From: Eledone cirrhosa
Taxonomy: Eukaryota
Length of the DNA stretch: 64,000 nucleotides
Direction: 5' to 3'
Assembly: GCA_964016885.1 (NCBI GenBank)
Contig: OZ024749.1
Coordinates: 27,218,001-27,282,000 of the forward strand
Shown here: piece by piece, positions 38,963 through 50,900 of the stretch
Position numbering within the stretch: position 1 is the stretch's first letter
How the letters are laid out: every line of letters begins with the position of its first letter
The notes under the pieces: model-generated
The model's database searches: none
Seen by the model: only the letters and a program-made list of their open reading frames with translations
Told to the model about the DNA's origin: nothing
Position numbers and translations under genes: made by a program

Positions 38963-39119
38963 ATGTCTGTGACAGTTGCTGCCAAGAATATTTGTACAGT
39001 AATTGGTGAGGGACCTCACTGGGAAGAGAGGACAAAGAAACTTCTGTTTGTCAACATGAGATCTGCCATATATTACAGATGGGACCCTCTTGATGGTACT
39101 TTTGACAAAGTCAATTATG
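38963..39119 (+). CDS. RGN: Regucalcin/SMP-30, coding exon 1 (MSVTVAAKNICTVIGEGPHWEE...)
   Basis: GEGPxW motif; CAG|A ATG; G|GTATGT donor. Confidence 0.92.
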
Positions 39120-39960
39120 GTATGTACCACAACACGTACCACAACACCACAACATGTACCACAACACAACACTACAACATGTACCACAACACAACACTAC
39201 AACATATACCATAACACAATACTACAACATGTAGCACAATACTACAGGTACCATAACACTGCATTATGCACCACAACATGTACCATAACACTGCATCATG
39301 TACTACAATACAACATCATGTACCACAAGACAACACTACATCATGTACCACAATATTATATGTACCACAACACTGCATCTTGTACCACAACACCACATCA
39401 TATACCACAACACAACACTACAACATGTACCACAATACTACATCATGTACCACAACACAACACTACAACATGTACCACAATACTACATCATGTACCACAA
39501 CACAACACCACAACATGTTCCATAATACTACATCATGTACCACAACGCAACACCACAGCATGTACTACAATACTACATCATGTACCACAACACTACAACA
39601 TGTACCACAATACTACATCATGTACCACAACACAACACTACAACATGTACCACAATACTACATCATGTACCACAACACAACACTACATGTTCCACAATAC
39701 TACATCATGTACCACAGCACAACACTACATGTACTACAACACTACATCATGTACCACAACACTACATCATGTACCACAACACAACACTACAACATGTACC
39801 ACAACACTACATCATGTACCACAACACAACACTACAACATGTACCACAATATTATGTGTACCACAACACTACAACATCTACCACAACACAAGACTACAAC
39901 ATCTACCACAATATTATATGTACCACAACACCACAACACAATATCATGTACCACAACACA
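39120..39960. repeat. ATGTACCACAACAC/TACAAC minisatellite beginning at the splice donor
   Basis: Direct reading; the long T/H/Y ORFs here are artefacts. Confidence 0.9.
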
Positions 39961-40139
39961 AAATTTCCAAGTTCAAATTCTTCCATGGTCACTTTTGCCT
40001 TTCATCCTTTCCAGAGTTGATAAAATAAAATACCAGTAAACTACTGACGTTCAATATAATCAACTTTCCTTCCCCTGAAATTGCTGGCCTTGGGCCTAGG
40101 CTAGAAACTATTATGTACCACAACTCAACTACATCATAT

Positions 40140-40710
40140 ACCTCTATTTGAAACCTACCTCTCGTTCCATAATCTAACCTCTCTTTCTATTGTCTTCCTC
40201 TCTTTTTATTGTCTAACTCTCTTTTTATTATCTACCTCTCTTTCCATTGTCTAACCTCTCTTTCCATTGTCTTCCTCTCTTTCCATTGTCTTCCTCTCTT
40301 TTTATTGTCTAACCTCTTTTTCCATTGTCTTCCTCTCTTTTTATTGTCTACCTCTCTTTTCATTGTCTACTTCTCTTTCCATTGTCTTCCTCTTTTTCCA
40401 TTGTCTTCCTCTCTTTTTATTGTCTAACCTCTTTTTCCATTGACTATCTCTCGTTTTATTGACTATCTCTCGTTTTATTGTCTACCTGTCTTTCCATTGT
40501 CTACCACTCTTTCCATTGTCTACCTCTCATTTTATTGTCTAACTTTCTTTTCATTGTCTACCTCTCTTTCCATTGTCTACCACTCTTTCCATTGTCTACC
40601 TCTCATTTTATTGTCTAACTTTCTTTTCATTGTCTACCTCTCTTTCATTGTATAACTCTCTTTTTATTGTCTACATCCCTTTCATTGTCTACCTCTCTTT
40701 TTTCTCCCCT
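40140..40710. repeat. ~19-bp pyrimidine-rich tandem array (TTCCATTGTCTACCTCTCT) running up to the acceptor
   Basis: Direct reading. Confidence 0.9.
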
Positions 40711-40714
40711 CTAG

Positions 40715-40900
40715 AGAATGTTTTAACCAGTTTTATCATTCCCCGCCATAGCGGAGGTTATGTTGTGTCCAGTGGTCCAAGACTGGCACATTTGGATTTT
40801 GAAAGCGGCAAAGTCGAACCATTTTTACAGCTTGGAGTTAGTGAACCCTTGTTTAATGTGAATGATGCTAAGTGTGACAGTAGGGGAAGATTGTGGGCAG
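40715..40900 (+). CDS. RGN: Regucalcin coding exon 2 (ENVLTSFIIPR...NDAKCDSRGRLWAG)
   Basis: NDxKxDxxGRxWAG motif; AG/GTAAGA boundaries; phase 1-1. Confidence 0.93.
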
Positions 40901-41567
40901 GTAAGATGACTTCAGTTACTGTCTCAGGTACAGAGAGAGAATATATATAGATATTTGACCCTTGACATAAACAAACATCACCAGCTGCTCAAATGGTGGT
41001 TTTTCTGCTAGCATGTCTTGTTCTGCATATTGATATTATATGCAAATATTTATGCATGTAGATATATGTAAAATAAAATTGTAATTGACAATATGCACAG
41101 AAATTGAAGAGAGACTGTGTTACAGTGTCTTCTGTAATCAGTAAAGTAATCCATGATGCATTTAAAAAAGACGACATTATATATAAACTGCATTACAGTG
41201 AAATGTACTGAAAACGAAAAAAGAGAAAATTAGTGACGGAAATATAAACCTTACATCACAATGCAAATATATGAACGTTTATATAAGCGATATGATATAG
41301 CGTACGTTATATCATAACTGGAAGTATTGACATTTGAAAATTTTAAAAGAAGTGAATCTTAAAATAATCAATCATTATATATAAGAATATTTATGTTTAA
41401 TCAACAGCTACGAAATTTAATACATAAATTATGTAATATTCATTCATTGTTTATTCAAAGTAATCCAACTTATTTTATTAACGGAATGAAAAAACATATT
41501 CAGGAGATAGTCCTACATTCCTCCCTTTATTATATTATGATATATATTTGCTCAACTCTATTATTAG

Positions 41568-41783
41568 GGACATCAGGTTCTTTTAAATCTATCACTGACT
41601 TTGATAGAGAAAAGGGATCTTTGTATCGGATCGACAAAGATTTGAAGCCTGCTGTCTTCAAAGAGAAAGTCAACATCTCCAATGGTATTACCTGGACAAC
41701 AGATGAAACTACCATGTTCTACACACATTCAATTCCCAGGAAGATCTACTCCTATGATTATGACATCAATACTGGACAGCCAT
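41568..41783 (+). CDS. RGN: Regucalcin coding exon 3 (TSGSFKS...GSLY..ISNGITW..YDYD)
   Basis: GSLY and ISNG motifs; TAG/GTAAGC boundaries. Confidence 0.93.
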
Positions 41784-42413
41784 GTAAGCTCCATCTTCTC
41801 TTATTTTTTTATCTGTAAACATTTCTCACCTGCAGTGTCTCTGTTATATACTGGTATAACACACACATGTGCATGTGCACAGATGCACACTCACACAAAC
41901 ACATGCATACACATACTAAGTGGTAAAAATATATAGGTTTGTTTGGGTATGAAAAGGATTTCAGTGACAATCAATACATATAGAGTCTGAGTCTTGTTTC
42001 GGAGTTTGTAACATCAAACATAGGCAGTGAATTAGCAGAGTCATTAGAATGTCGGATAGAATACTTTGGAGTATTCATTTCAGCTCTCTGTTCTCTGTGT
42101 TCAAATTCCGCCTCTAATCCATTCGAGGTCGATAAAAATGTACCAGATAAGTACTAGAAGTCAATTCTTCTTACTCTCTATTCTTCTCTGGAAGAGATCT
42201 ACTGTATTCATACCTGGAAAGGGATGGGCTCTGCCAAGTTTAAAAATTCCCTAGAAATGCTGTATGTCAATATGGCACCCATATGACTCACTCAGGATTT
42301 CCGGGACCATGTATGTATATATAACATCTACATAACTTTATATTCAAATTTTAAACAGTTGTTTCTCTTGTAATCTATACATGATGCTGTCTCCATTTGT
42401 TTTCCTTCTTCAG

Positions 42414-42557
42414 CCAGAGAACAAGTTGTCGTGGACTTCAGTGACAAGGACTGGTCAGATTATGGCATACCAGATGGCATGACCTGTGATGTCATGGACA
42501 AGCTATGGGTTGCTGTTTTTCATGGAAGTCGAGTGTTCCAAATTGATCCTGAAACAG
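42414..42557 (+). CDS. RGN: Regucalcin coding exon 4 (..[22 protein letters not shown])
   Basis: PDGM motif; CAG/GTCTGT boundaries. Confidence 0.92.
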
Positions 42558-42660
42558 GTCTGTATATGTGTGTATAATACATATATATTAATATATATAT
42601 AGTGCCAAGATTTTCTGAAGAATAGATCAAGGAAATAATGTACAGAGCCAAAATATATTT

Positions 42661-42802
42661 TATGAATAAGATCTCAACACAAATGCATGCTACCTCAGGT
42701 TTCAAACGTCAGGACATAAGCAGATATATAATGCCTATGTCCTATGCTGGTTGAAGTTTGAAACCTTAGGTAGCCTGTATTTGTGTTAAGATCTTATTCA
42801 TA
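42661..42802. repeat. Foldback hairpin (47-bp arms, ~43/47 matched) in the last regucalcin intron
   Basis: TATGAATAAGATCTCAACACAAAT..GTTTCAAAC / GTTTGAAAC..ATTTGTGTTAAGATCTTATTCATA. Confidence 0.85.
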
Positions 42803-42805
42803 TAG

Positions 42806-42836
<31 letters not shown>

Positions 42837-42871
42837 GGGGCTTAACCCGCTTTATATATAAATATATATAT

Positions 42872-43925
42872 GAAGGAGTTCAAGGTTTGGTCCTCAGTCC
42901 ACTCTTATTCATTATAGTTCTCCAAGCCATGGCTGCCCATGGGAACTTCTCTATGCTGACAATCTGGTACTTATAGCTGAATCAGTAGAGGAGCTACAGA
43001 ATAAATTCTGGCTATGGAAACAATAGTTGGAATCAAGAGGACTGAGAGTGAACCTAGCAAAGACTAATGTGTTGATATGTAGGAAAGAGGACAAAACTCT
43101 GATTCCATCAGGGAAATGACCATGTTCGATATGTAGAAAAGGAGTTGGCATAAACTCTATAGAATGTATACAATGCAGATCTTGGGTACACAACAGGTGT
43201 AATGGCATAACAGGCAAACTAACAGTAAGGGAAAACTTCATATGTAGTACATGTTCAGGGAAAATTGATAGCAAAAGTTTCAGTGATAGGCACATATAGA
43301 GGTGGTTGATTGTTTCCCATATCTAGGTGATCAGATTAGCAAGGGAGGAGGATGCTCCGAGGCCATACTATCTAGAATAAAGACAGGATGGACGAAGTTT
43401 AGGAAGCTGCTGTCTCTGTTGACAAGAAAGGGTTTCTCCCTACGAATGAAAGGTCAGTTATATGATGCCTCTGTGTGATGCACAATGCTGCATGGTAATG
43501 AGACATGGGCAGCAACTGTGAAGGATATGCGATGGCTGGAGAGAAATGAAGCAAGCATGCTCCGATGGATGTGCAATGTCAATGTACATGAACAACCAAG
43601 AATAGACAAGTTGAGAGTGAAACTGTGTATAAGAGGGATAAACTGTAGTGTGCAGGAGAGAAGACTGCATTGGTACGGACATGTGATGAGCATGGCAGAT
43701 AACCTCTGGGTGAAGAAGTGCCAAGAAATCCCGGTGGAAGGAAGACACAGTAGAGGAAGAGCATGAAAAACATGGGCGGAGGTGGTGAGAGCTGACTTCA
43801 GATCGCTGAAGCTCACAGAAGAGATGACAAAGGACCGTGATGAATAGAGAGATGCTGTGCTGAAGAGGAACCGTCCCACCCTTGCAAGCAGAGAAAAGCA
43901 GACGTAAAATGATGATGATGATGAT
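42872..43925 (+). mobile_element. Decayed RTE LINE 3' fragment (intronic)
   Basis: QG..LSP, ELLYAD, MLHG.ETW, RRLHWYGH, (ATG)n tail. Confidence 0.88.
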
Positions 43926-44621
43926 ATAATATATATATATATATAAAAGGGGTAAAACCCTCCTTCAGTCATGAATGACCATGAGATTTGCACCTAGAAA
44001 GTTCCCTTCCGAAACACAAGTTCAGGTAAGATTGTTAAAAGGCAAAAGCTGATACAGCATAACACCACTGACATCACAAATCATTTCTACAGCTGAATAA
44101 ACTGGCGCAATGAGAAATAAAGAATCTTGCTCAAGGACACAATGCATCACTCAGCCCAAGAGTCAAACTCACAACCTCCCAACTGCAAGCCCAAAACTCT
44201 AATCACTAAGCCATGTGCCTTCATATATATATATATGTGTGTGTGTATGTGTGTGAAGGTACATGGCTTAGTGGTTAGAGCATTGGGCTTGCAATTAGAA
44301 GGTTGTGAGTTTGATTCTTGGACTGGGTGATGCATATATATATAGAGAGAGAGTGCTGGATATTTGTTCTTAGGAGCCTGTCATCTCACTTACGTATGGT
44401 CTCATATTCTACTGAGTGCACAGGGGAGGTTGTCATGTCTTTGACACAACTGAAGGGTCCTCCCCAACCCTTTATTTGGCAAGCTTTCTATCACTAACCA
44501 CTTTACAGCATGTACTAGATATGTTTATTGTGTAAATTACCAACACTGGGAAGCCCGTCGTGGTCATGGCACAACTGAAGCGTCCTATCTCATACAAATA
44601 TAATTTCTTTAAATTTTATAG

Positions 44622-44830
44622 GAAAAATTCTACAGACTATCAAGTTCCCAGTGAGTGAAATCACATCTTGTTGTTTTGGTGGACCAAATTACGATGAACT
44701 ATATGTGACATCAAGTCGTCTTGGATTAACGGATGAGGTGTTTAAAAACAAGGAACCATTAGCTGGAAGTCTCTTCAAAGTTACAGAAACTGGAGCTAAA
44801 GGAAGGGCAGCATTTGACTTTCAAGGTTAA
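44622..44830 (+). CDS. RGN: Regucalcin last coding exon (GKILQTIKFPVSEITSCCFGGPNYDELYVTS...FDFQG*)
   Basis: TSCCFGG..LYVT motif; total CDS 912 nt = 303 aa; AATAAA at 44975. Confidence 0.93.
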
Positions 44831-46949
44831 CCATTCTGATATCAACACACCTGGAACAGCCTCTGGTTCTTCCATATAAAACTGCCCATTTTCAAGTTTT
44901 TATACTTATACAAAAGCTTCCAGCATAATTTTATATGAGGACTTTTTGTTAAGTAATACTCCATACATCAGATTAATAAAGGAAAATATATTTTACTAAA
45001 TTCCTCCAAGTTTTTTATTTTCAAAATTTTTTTAAACATATTGAGAAATTTATTTTTTAAACATAAGGAGAAATTTATTTTTTAAACATAATGAGAAATT
45101 TACTTTACAAGATTTCTCAAGATTTTAAAAAAAATTAATTTCTAATTTAATTGAAACATATTGACATATTGGTAGGTTATTTCATGAGAAATGTGGTAAT
45201 GAAGAGATTAACATGAAAGACTATTTTGGAAGAATGTTCTAGAAAACAATCAGGAGATAGCTTCATGGATGTTCCATTCGGTGAAGCTGTTAATCTATCA
45301 ATTAACGGAATATATAAGTGTGAAAATCAATCGATTGATAAGATTGACCAGCAAGATCCCAAACATCATTTGCTTAATGAGTAGGGTGGAACTTGTCAAA
45401 TCAGACTAAGGAAACAATGTTTCCATTGGTCTTTCCATTGCTGATACTATCTACCAGTCGCAACTCCTGGCAGAAAGAGCAACATGAAATAAAGTGTTTT
45501 GCTTAAAGACATAACGCATTGCCTGGTCTGGGAATCAAATTCACAACCTCATGATTGTGAATCCAATTCTCTAACTACTAAGCCAGACAACTTCACAAGT
45601 GTAGAGAGGAGGATATATTTAGGTTTATAAAAAGAAAAATAAACTTCAAAATTTTGATATCAAATATATTTTAACATCGTTGTAGCAAATGAAAGTCAAA
45701 ATTGACCTTAGTGGGATTTGAACTCACAGCTCAGAATCCCAGGATGACTACTGCAAAACGTTCTATCTGACGTTCTAATGATTTTGCCAATTCATCACAT
45801 ATATAATACAATAAATTTGAAAGAACCTTCAGTAATGAAAATATAAATTCATGAGCACACATGCTCAGTTGTTTCCAATTAAGGCGTCTTATATGCCCTT
45901 TCTAGGGCAGCTAGAAGCTCCTATATAATACAGTGAGTTTAAAAAACTTTGAATAATGAAAATATAGAGTTGTCTCCCAGTATTTGCAGGTTTTACGTTC
46001 CTAGAGCACCCGCAAAGAGTAAAAAACTGCGAATATTGGGCATGGTCCATAAAAATGCCTATAAACATAAAACATAATGCCGTATATTGTTATTAGTAAT
46101 TTAGAATAAAAAATATATATATTGCCATTAAAAGAGGCATTAAAAAATTGCAGAAGATATTCACGAACTATTATTAGTTAGGTTCTAAGGAAAATTCCAT
46201 GAATAACTGTGATCGTGAATGCCAGTACTGTGAATGCCTGGAGAGCACTGTATTCAGTTACATTACTATGTCTGCATGCTGACACTTCTTTCAAAACTGG
46301 AGGAACATGCCTGACTGTTTTTATACTACAACTGCATACACATAAATATGTACATATATACATCATCATCATCATCATTATCATATACACATACAGACAT
46401 ATTACTCTAGTTTTAACAAGTTGTCGCAGCACAGCTTGGGTATACAACTAAAATATATAGCTTAGATAACCATTAAGTTTAAATGTAACGTTTCTTTTAC
46501 ATATTCTAGCACAATTTGTTAATTATATACTGAGGTGAGCAAAATTTTTGCTATTATTTTGATATCAGCCCTTGTGGCCATAAAGAAATCATTATTATTA
46601 TTATTATTATTATTATTCATTTGCACTGTGATGATCTTATTAAAACTGGGTCATTTAAATAATTCCTATCAAGTTATATAACCTCAGATAGACTGTACTT
46701 TCTGCAGGATTATTATCATCATTAGTACCCCCAGTAGAGAATTAGACGCCACGCTTTGCAGCATAGAGTTTCGACCCATTATGGTCTGTGTTCAAATCCC
46801 ACTGAGGTTAACTTTGCCTTTCATCCTTATGTGTATATACATCATTGTATATACAATAAAGCACTAGTAATGCACTAGGGTCAATTTAATCGACTTTCCC
46901 CTCCCTTAAAATTGCTGGCCTTGTACCTAAATCAGAAACCATTATCACC

Positions 46950-47260
46950 CTGTTGCCTTCTTTTGGCCAAGATGAGTAGACTAATAACCGTTTCAGGAGT
47001 AGTGGTAAAGAGTAGGTCCAAAGTGTTGTCACCTCTTGTTGGAGAGGTGACTACTTGGGACCAGTTCGAGTCCAGCACTAGCTCAAGGAAGTCATTTGCA
47101 CTTGGCGGTTTCCCAGTCAATCTCAGGGTGATTGAAGTCCCCTGCAATAAAAACATAAGTGGCTGTTTTCCTGGCAGCAACTCTGAGGATATCACAAAGT
47201 TGAGTGTCCTGATGGTAATTTGGGGGACGGTAAATGACTCCAAGTAGCAGTGTTGACATG
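46950..47260 (-). mobile_element. CR1-type LINE endonuclease fragment
   Basis: GDFN-like region, SQVVTSPTRGDNTLDLLFT. Confidence 0.6.
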
Positions 47261-47399
47261 GTCATACGTATATCGCAGAAAAATACTTATATACTTATAT
47301 AGATATAAGTATAGATATATAGTTATATGTATAGCTATATAACTATATTGATATATATAACTATATTGATATATATATATATATTGATACATGGATAGA

Positions 47400-47905
47400 A
47401 ATATAGATATAAGTATAAATAGATGCAAAGCCAGAAATACCTTCAAAATGCTCAACAATGTATAGAGATTTTAACACTACAACATAAAGACCACATTGTG
47501 AATATATCAGAGTTGTGTTCTTTCCATCAAGAATACTGGAGAATGACAGAGAATTACCTGAACAAAAAAAATCTTAGAAGAATCCTTAGAATTTTTTGGC
47601 CTGAAAAGATCTTCAATGAGGAATTGCTGGGTAGATGCCAACAGGAGAATATGACAGCAATCCTTCTCAGAAGAAGATGGAAGTGGATAGGGCATGTCCT
47701 CAGAAGAGAGCAAGATAGTATCCCAAGAAGAGCCCTTCACTGGACACGAGAAGGCAAGTGAAAACAAGGAAGGCTAAAGAAAACGGGGGAACAGACGAAG
47801 ACATGGCAACAAATATGGTGTACCACCTAGAAGCTGACCCATGACAGATGGGAGTAGAGGGCCTTCATTGATGCCCTACATGACAGTGGGAGTAACGGGC
47901 AGTAG
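47400..47905 (+). mobile_element. RTE-like LINE 3' fragment (different family)
   Basis: LRRILRIFWPEKI.NEEL..RRWKWIGHVLR. Confidence 0.75.
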
Positions 47906-50900
47906 ATATAGATATATATTTGGATAGATATGGGTAGATATATAGATATATTGATAGACAGGTAAGATATATATATTTCAGAAGATCCCGTTAAGGGTGA
48001 AAGCAGTGATTCTTTAATCTATTCTTTAATCTATAAACTTTAATCTATTCTTATAATAGATAAATAAATAAATAAATAAATATATATATATAGAGATAGA
48101 TATGTTTCTTTATTTATATATATATATATATATATAGATAGATAGATTTCTTTATTTACCATAAAGGCATAAAAAGAAGGGACAAATACAAAGGGGGAGT
48201 TTACATACAATCGAGTAAAAAGGGTATAAAATGAAAATAATCGAAAACAACCTCAAAAGGGAGGGGACGTGATGGGGGTTGCACACACCCCCGAAAAAGT
48301 GTGCATCCTTTGCCTGGGGAGCACATGGAGAAGGTGCTCCCCTCTCCTCCACCTCTTTACCTACAGGATGGTATACAGAGAAGGCCCATTTACACGAGCC
48401 ATTCTCGCCACTATCACCCACCTTTCATAAAACTGCCTGTGGCCAAGCACCTCTCTCTCCATTCTTATCCTTCTTCCGAAGTGATATCGGAAGAAGTAGA
48501 CCAGACTATGGCCAGAGAGGAAGTTGCCTGACCTCAGACCTTTCAATCGTGTCCACCAAACAACCTCTTTCAACATGGCTATTACGCACAGAAAAACCGC
48601 CTTTGCTTCCTTTGTGAAGAGGGGAAGCGGTTTGATTGTCATCACGGACTCGGCGGTCAATTGAATCGGCGCCAGCCGCGACAGCAGTCGTTCGGCGTAG
48701 CCCCACAGATCAGCCACGCCCGGACATTGCACCAATGCGTGCGCAACGGTTTCTTCGTGACGCACGCATCTAGGGCAAATCTTTTTCGAGGGATCCCTGC
48801 CCGGGCGCCCGTGTCTGTAGAGCCTCTCTCGAACGGGTAGAGCCCCCCGGTAGCACTGCCAGGCCAGTGACTTCTGGAAGTTGTCCATTGGTCCCGGGCC
48901 GAAAGTCCTACCGAACAGGCTGGCCAGTTCGTCCTCTTCCATGTCCAGCGACTCTCCAAGGGTGTCATCGCCCCTGCTAGCCACCAGCCCTCTATAGAAT
49001 GATGAGGTGAATTCTCCACCTATGGCCTGGCCCGCTTGCCAGAGAGCCCTGAGCGCCTGAGCACACTTAGTGTGCCAGTCTCCCAGTTTTCCGGATCTTT
49101 GCTTGACCCAGGACTGCAGCTCGGTGAGCGAGACGAGTCTCGGAAAGGCTCGTTTCACGAACGGAGCCCACACCGGTTGACCAGTGAGGAATACCTGTAG
49201 GTGCCGTAGCCTTAATGCGTGCCTACGCATCATCAACCACGGCATCCCCAGCCCTCCTTTCGAAGGTTGTTGGCAGCAGATGGATCTTCTCACCATAGGA
49301 GGGCGCTTCTTCCAAAGAAATTGGAAGAGCATGCGTTCCATGGTGGTGAGTGTTTCCTTAGGGCAAGGCACGACAGTGAGGCGGTAGTAAGTGACGGACG
49401 CTATGTAAATGTTTGCCACCTCCGCCCGGCCTTTTAGGGACAGCTTACACTTGGCCCATTTCTGGGTTAGTGCAAACACCTTGTTCGTAACCTCGTCCCA
49501 GTTCTTTTCCACCTGGAGGTCCGGTCCAAACCAGACCCCAAGCAACTTTACCGGGCCCTCCGTCCAGTGTCCGACGACACCGTCGGGAGGCATCGGTCTG
49601 CCTCTCCACGTTCCGAGTTGCAGCCCGATGGATTTTTCCCGGTTCAGTTTCGCTCCTGACAACCTTTCGTAATCCTCCAGTAAGGTACCGATCGCCTCGA
49701 TCTCCGAGTTGGTCGATACTATTACTGTTACGTCATCGGCGTAGGCCGACACCGCTTTGCTCAATCCTGGTTCCAGGGTGATACTCTGCAACAACTCCAA
49801 CTTCCTCAGTAAAGGCTCGAGAGTCAATATGTACAGAAGGGAGGAGAGAGGGCACCCCTGTCGAATGGATCATGTGATTTCGAACAGCTTCGAAAGGTAG
49901 CCGTTCACCTTGATCCTAGAACAGATGTGGTTGCTATGTAAGGCAGTGATCCAGCCTCTGAAAACAGGACCGAACCCAGCCGCCGCTAGCACCGCATCCA
50001 GGTAACCATGGTCGACCCTATCGAAGGCCTTAGACTGATCCAAGTTGATCAGGGCCCCACCAAAGCCGGGTTTGTTGCCAACCCTCTCTATGATGTATTG
50101 CATGAGGTGGAGGTTATCGTGAATGGACCTGGATGGGATAGCACATGTCTGTGCATCTCCCACCAGGCTACCCACGACAAGCGCCAACCTTTTTGCTAAC
50201 ACCTTGGCCAAAATCTTTAACTCTGTGTTTAGCAGGGTTATGGGCCGAAAATTATTTATACTATCCCCCTTGTTCTCGTCCTTCCTCACCAGCGAGACTA
50301 CGCCCTTGACTACAGAACAAGGAATTCTCCCGTTCTGCTGCCAATTGCAGTAGACCGCTTCGAGGAGTTCGGAGAAGAAGACCGGCATTGCTAAATAAAG
50401 TTCGTAAGGTATACCATCGAGACCTGGAGATTTGCGTCTGCTGCATTGGCTCAGCGCATCTCCGATCTCATCAGCCGAGATTGGTCCCTCGCAGGACTCT
50501 GCCTCTTCGCTCGAGAGACGCGCAGGCCGTCGAGGTATGGACCGAAATCCACGTCCACGCCCGGACCCCCGCCTCCCCCGAATAATCGGGCAAAGTGCCT
50601 TTGAAAGGCCTCGCACATCTGCTTAGGCTCCCGGATCACCCGTCCATCTTCGTCTTGCAACGACCGGATGGTGGATCGATTTCCACTCTTAGCTTCTGTC
50701 ACGCGGGCCCAGCCAACGGCTTTGGCCCCCTCATTACCTAGAGCACGTATTTTACTTCGAATGACGCAGCCTTCGTGCTTTGCATCGAAAAACTGGTTCA
50801 AGGCCGTCCTCGATGCCAGCACTCTGGCCACATCTTCGCTCTTGATTGCCTCTTCTAATTTACCTGTTAATTCTTTCTCGTTTCTATTCCTATCGGCAGC

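Noticed and set aside
39090-40039. 312-aa and 257-aa Thr/His-rich ORFs
   Set aside because: Intronic minisatellite; regucalcin splices out at 39120
38963-44830. Squid-type DFPase assignment
   Set aside because: The motifs (GEGPHW, PDGM, TSCCFGG) and length fit regucalcin/SMP-30 better
45965-46252. Possible Tigger/pogo-like MITE
   Set aside because: TIRs too degenerate to define by eye
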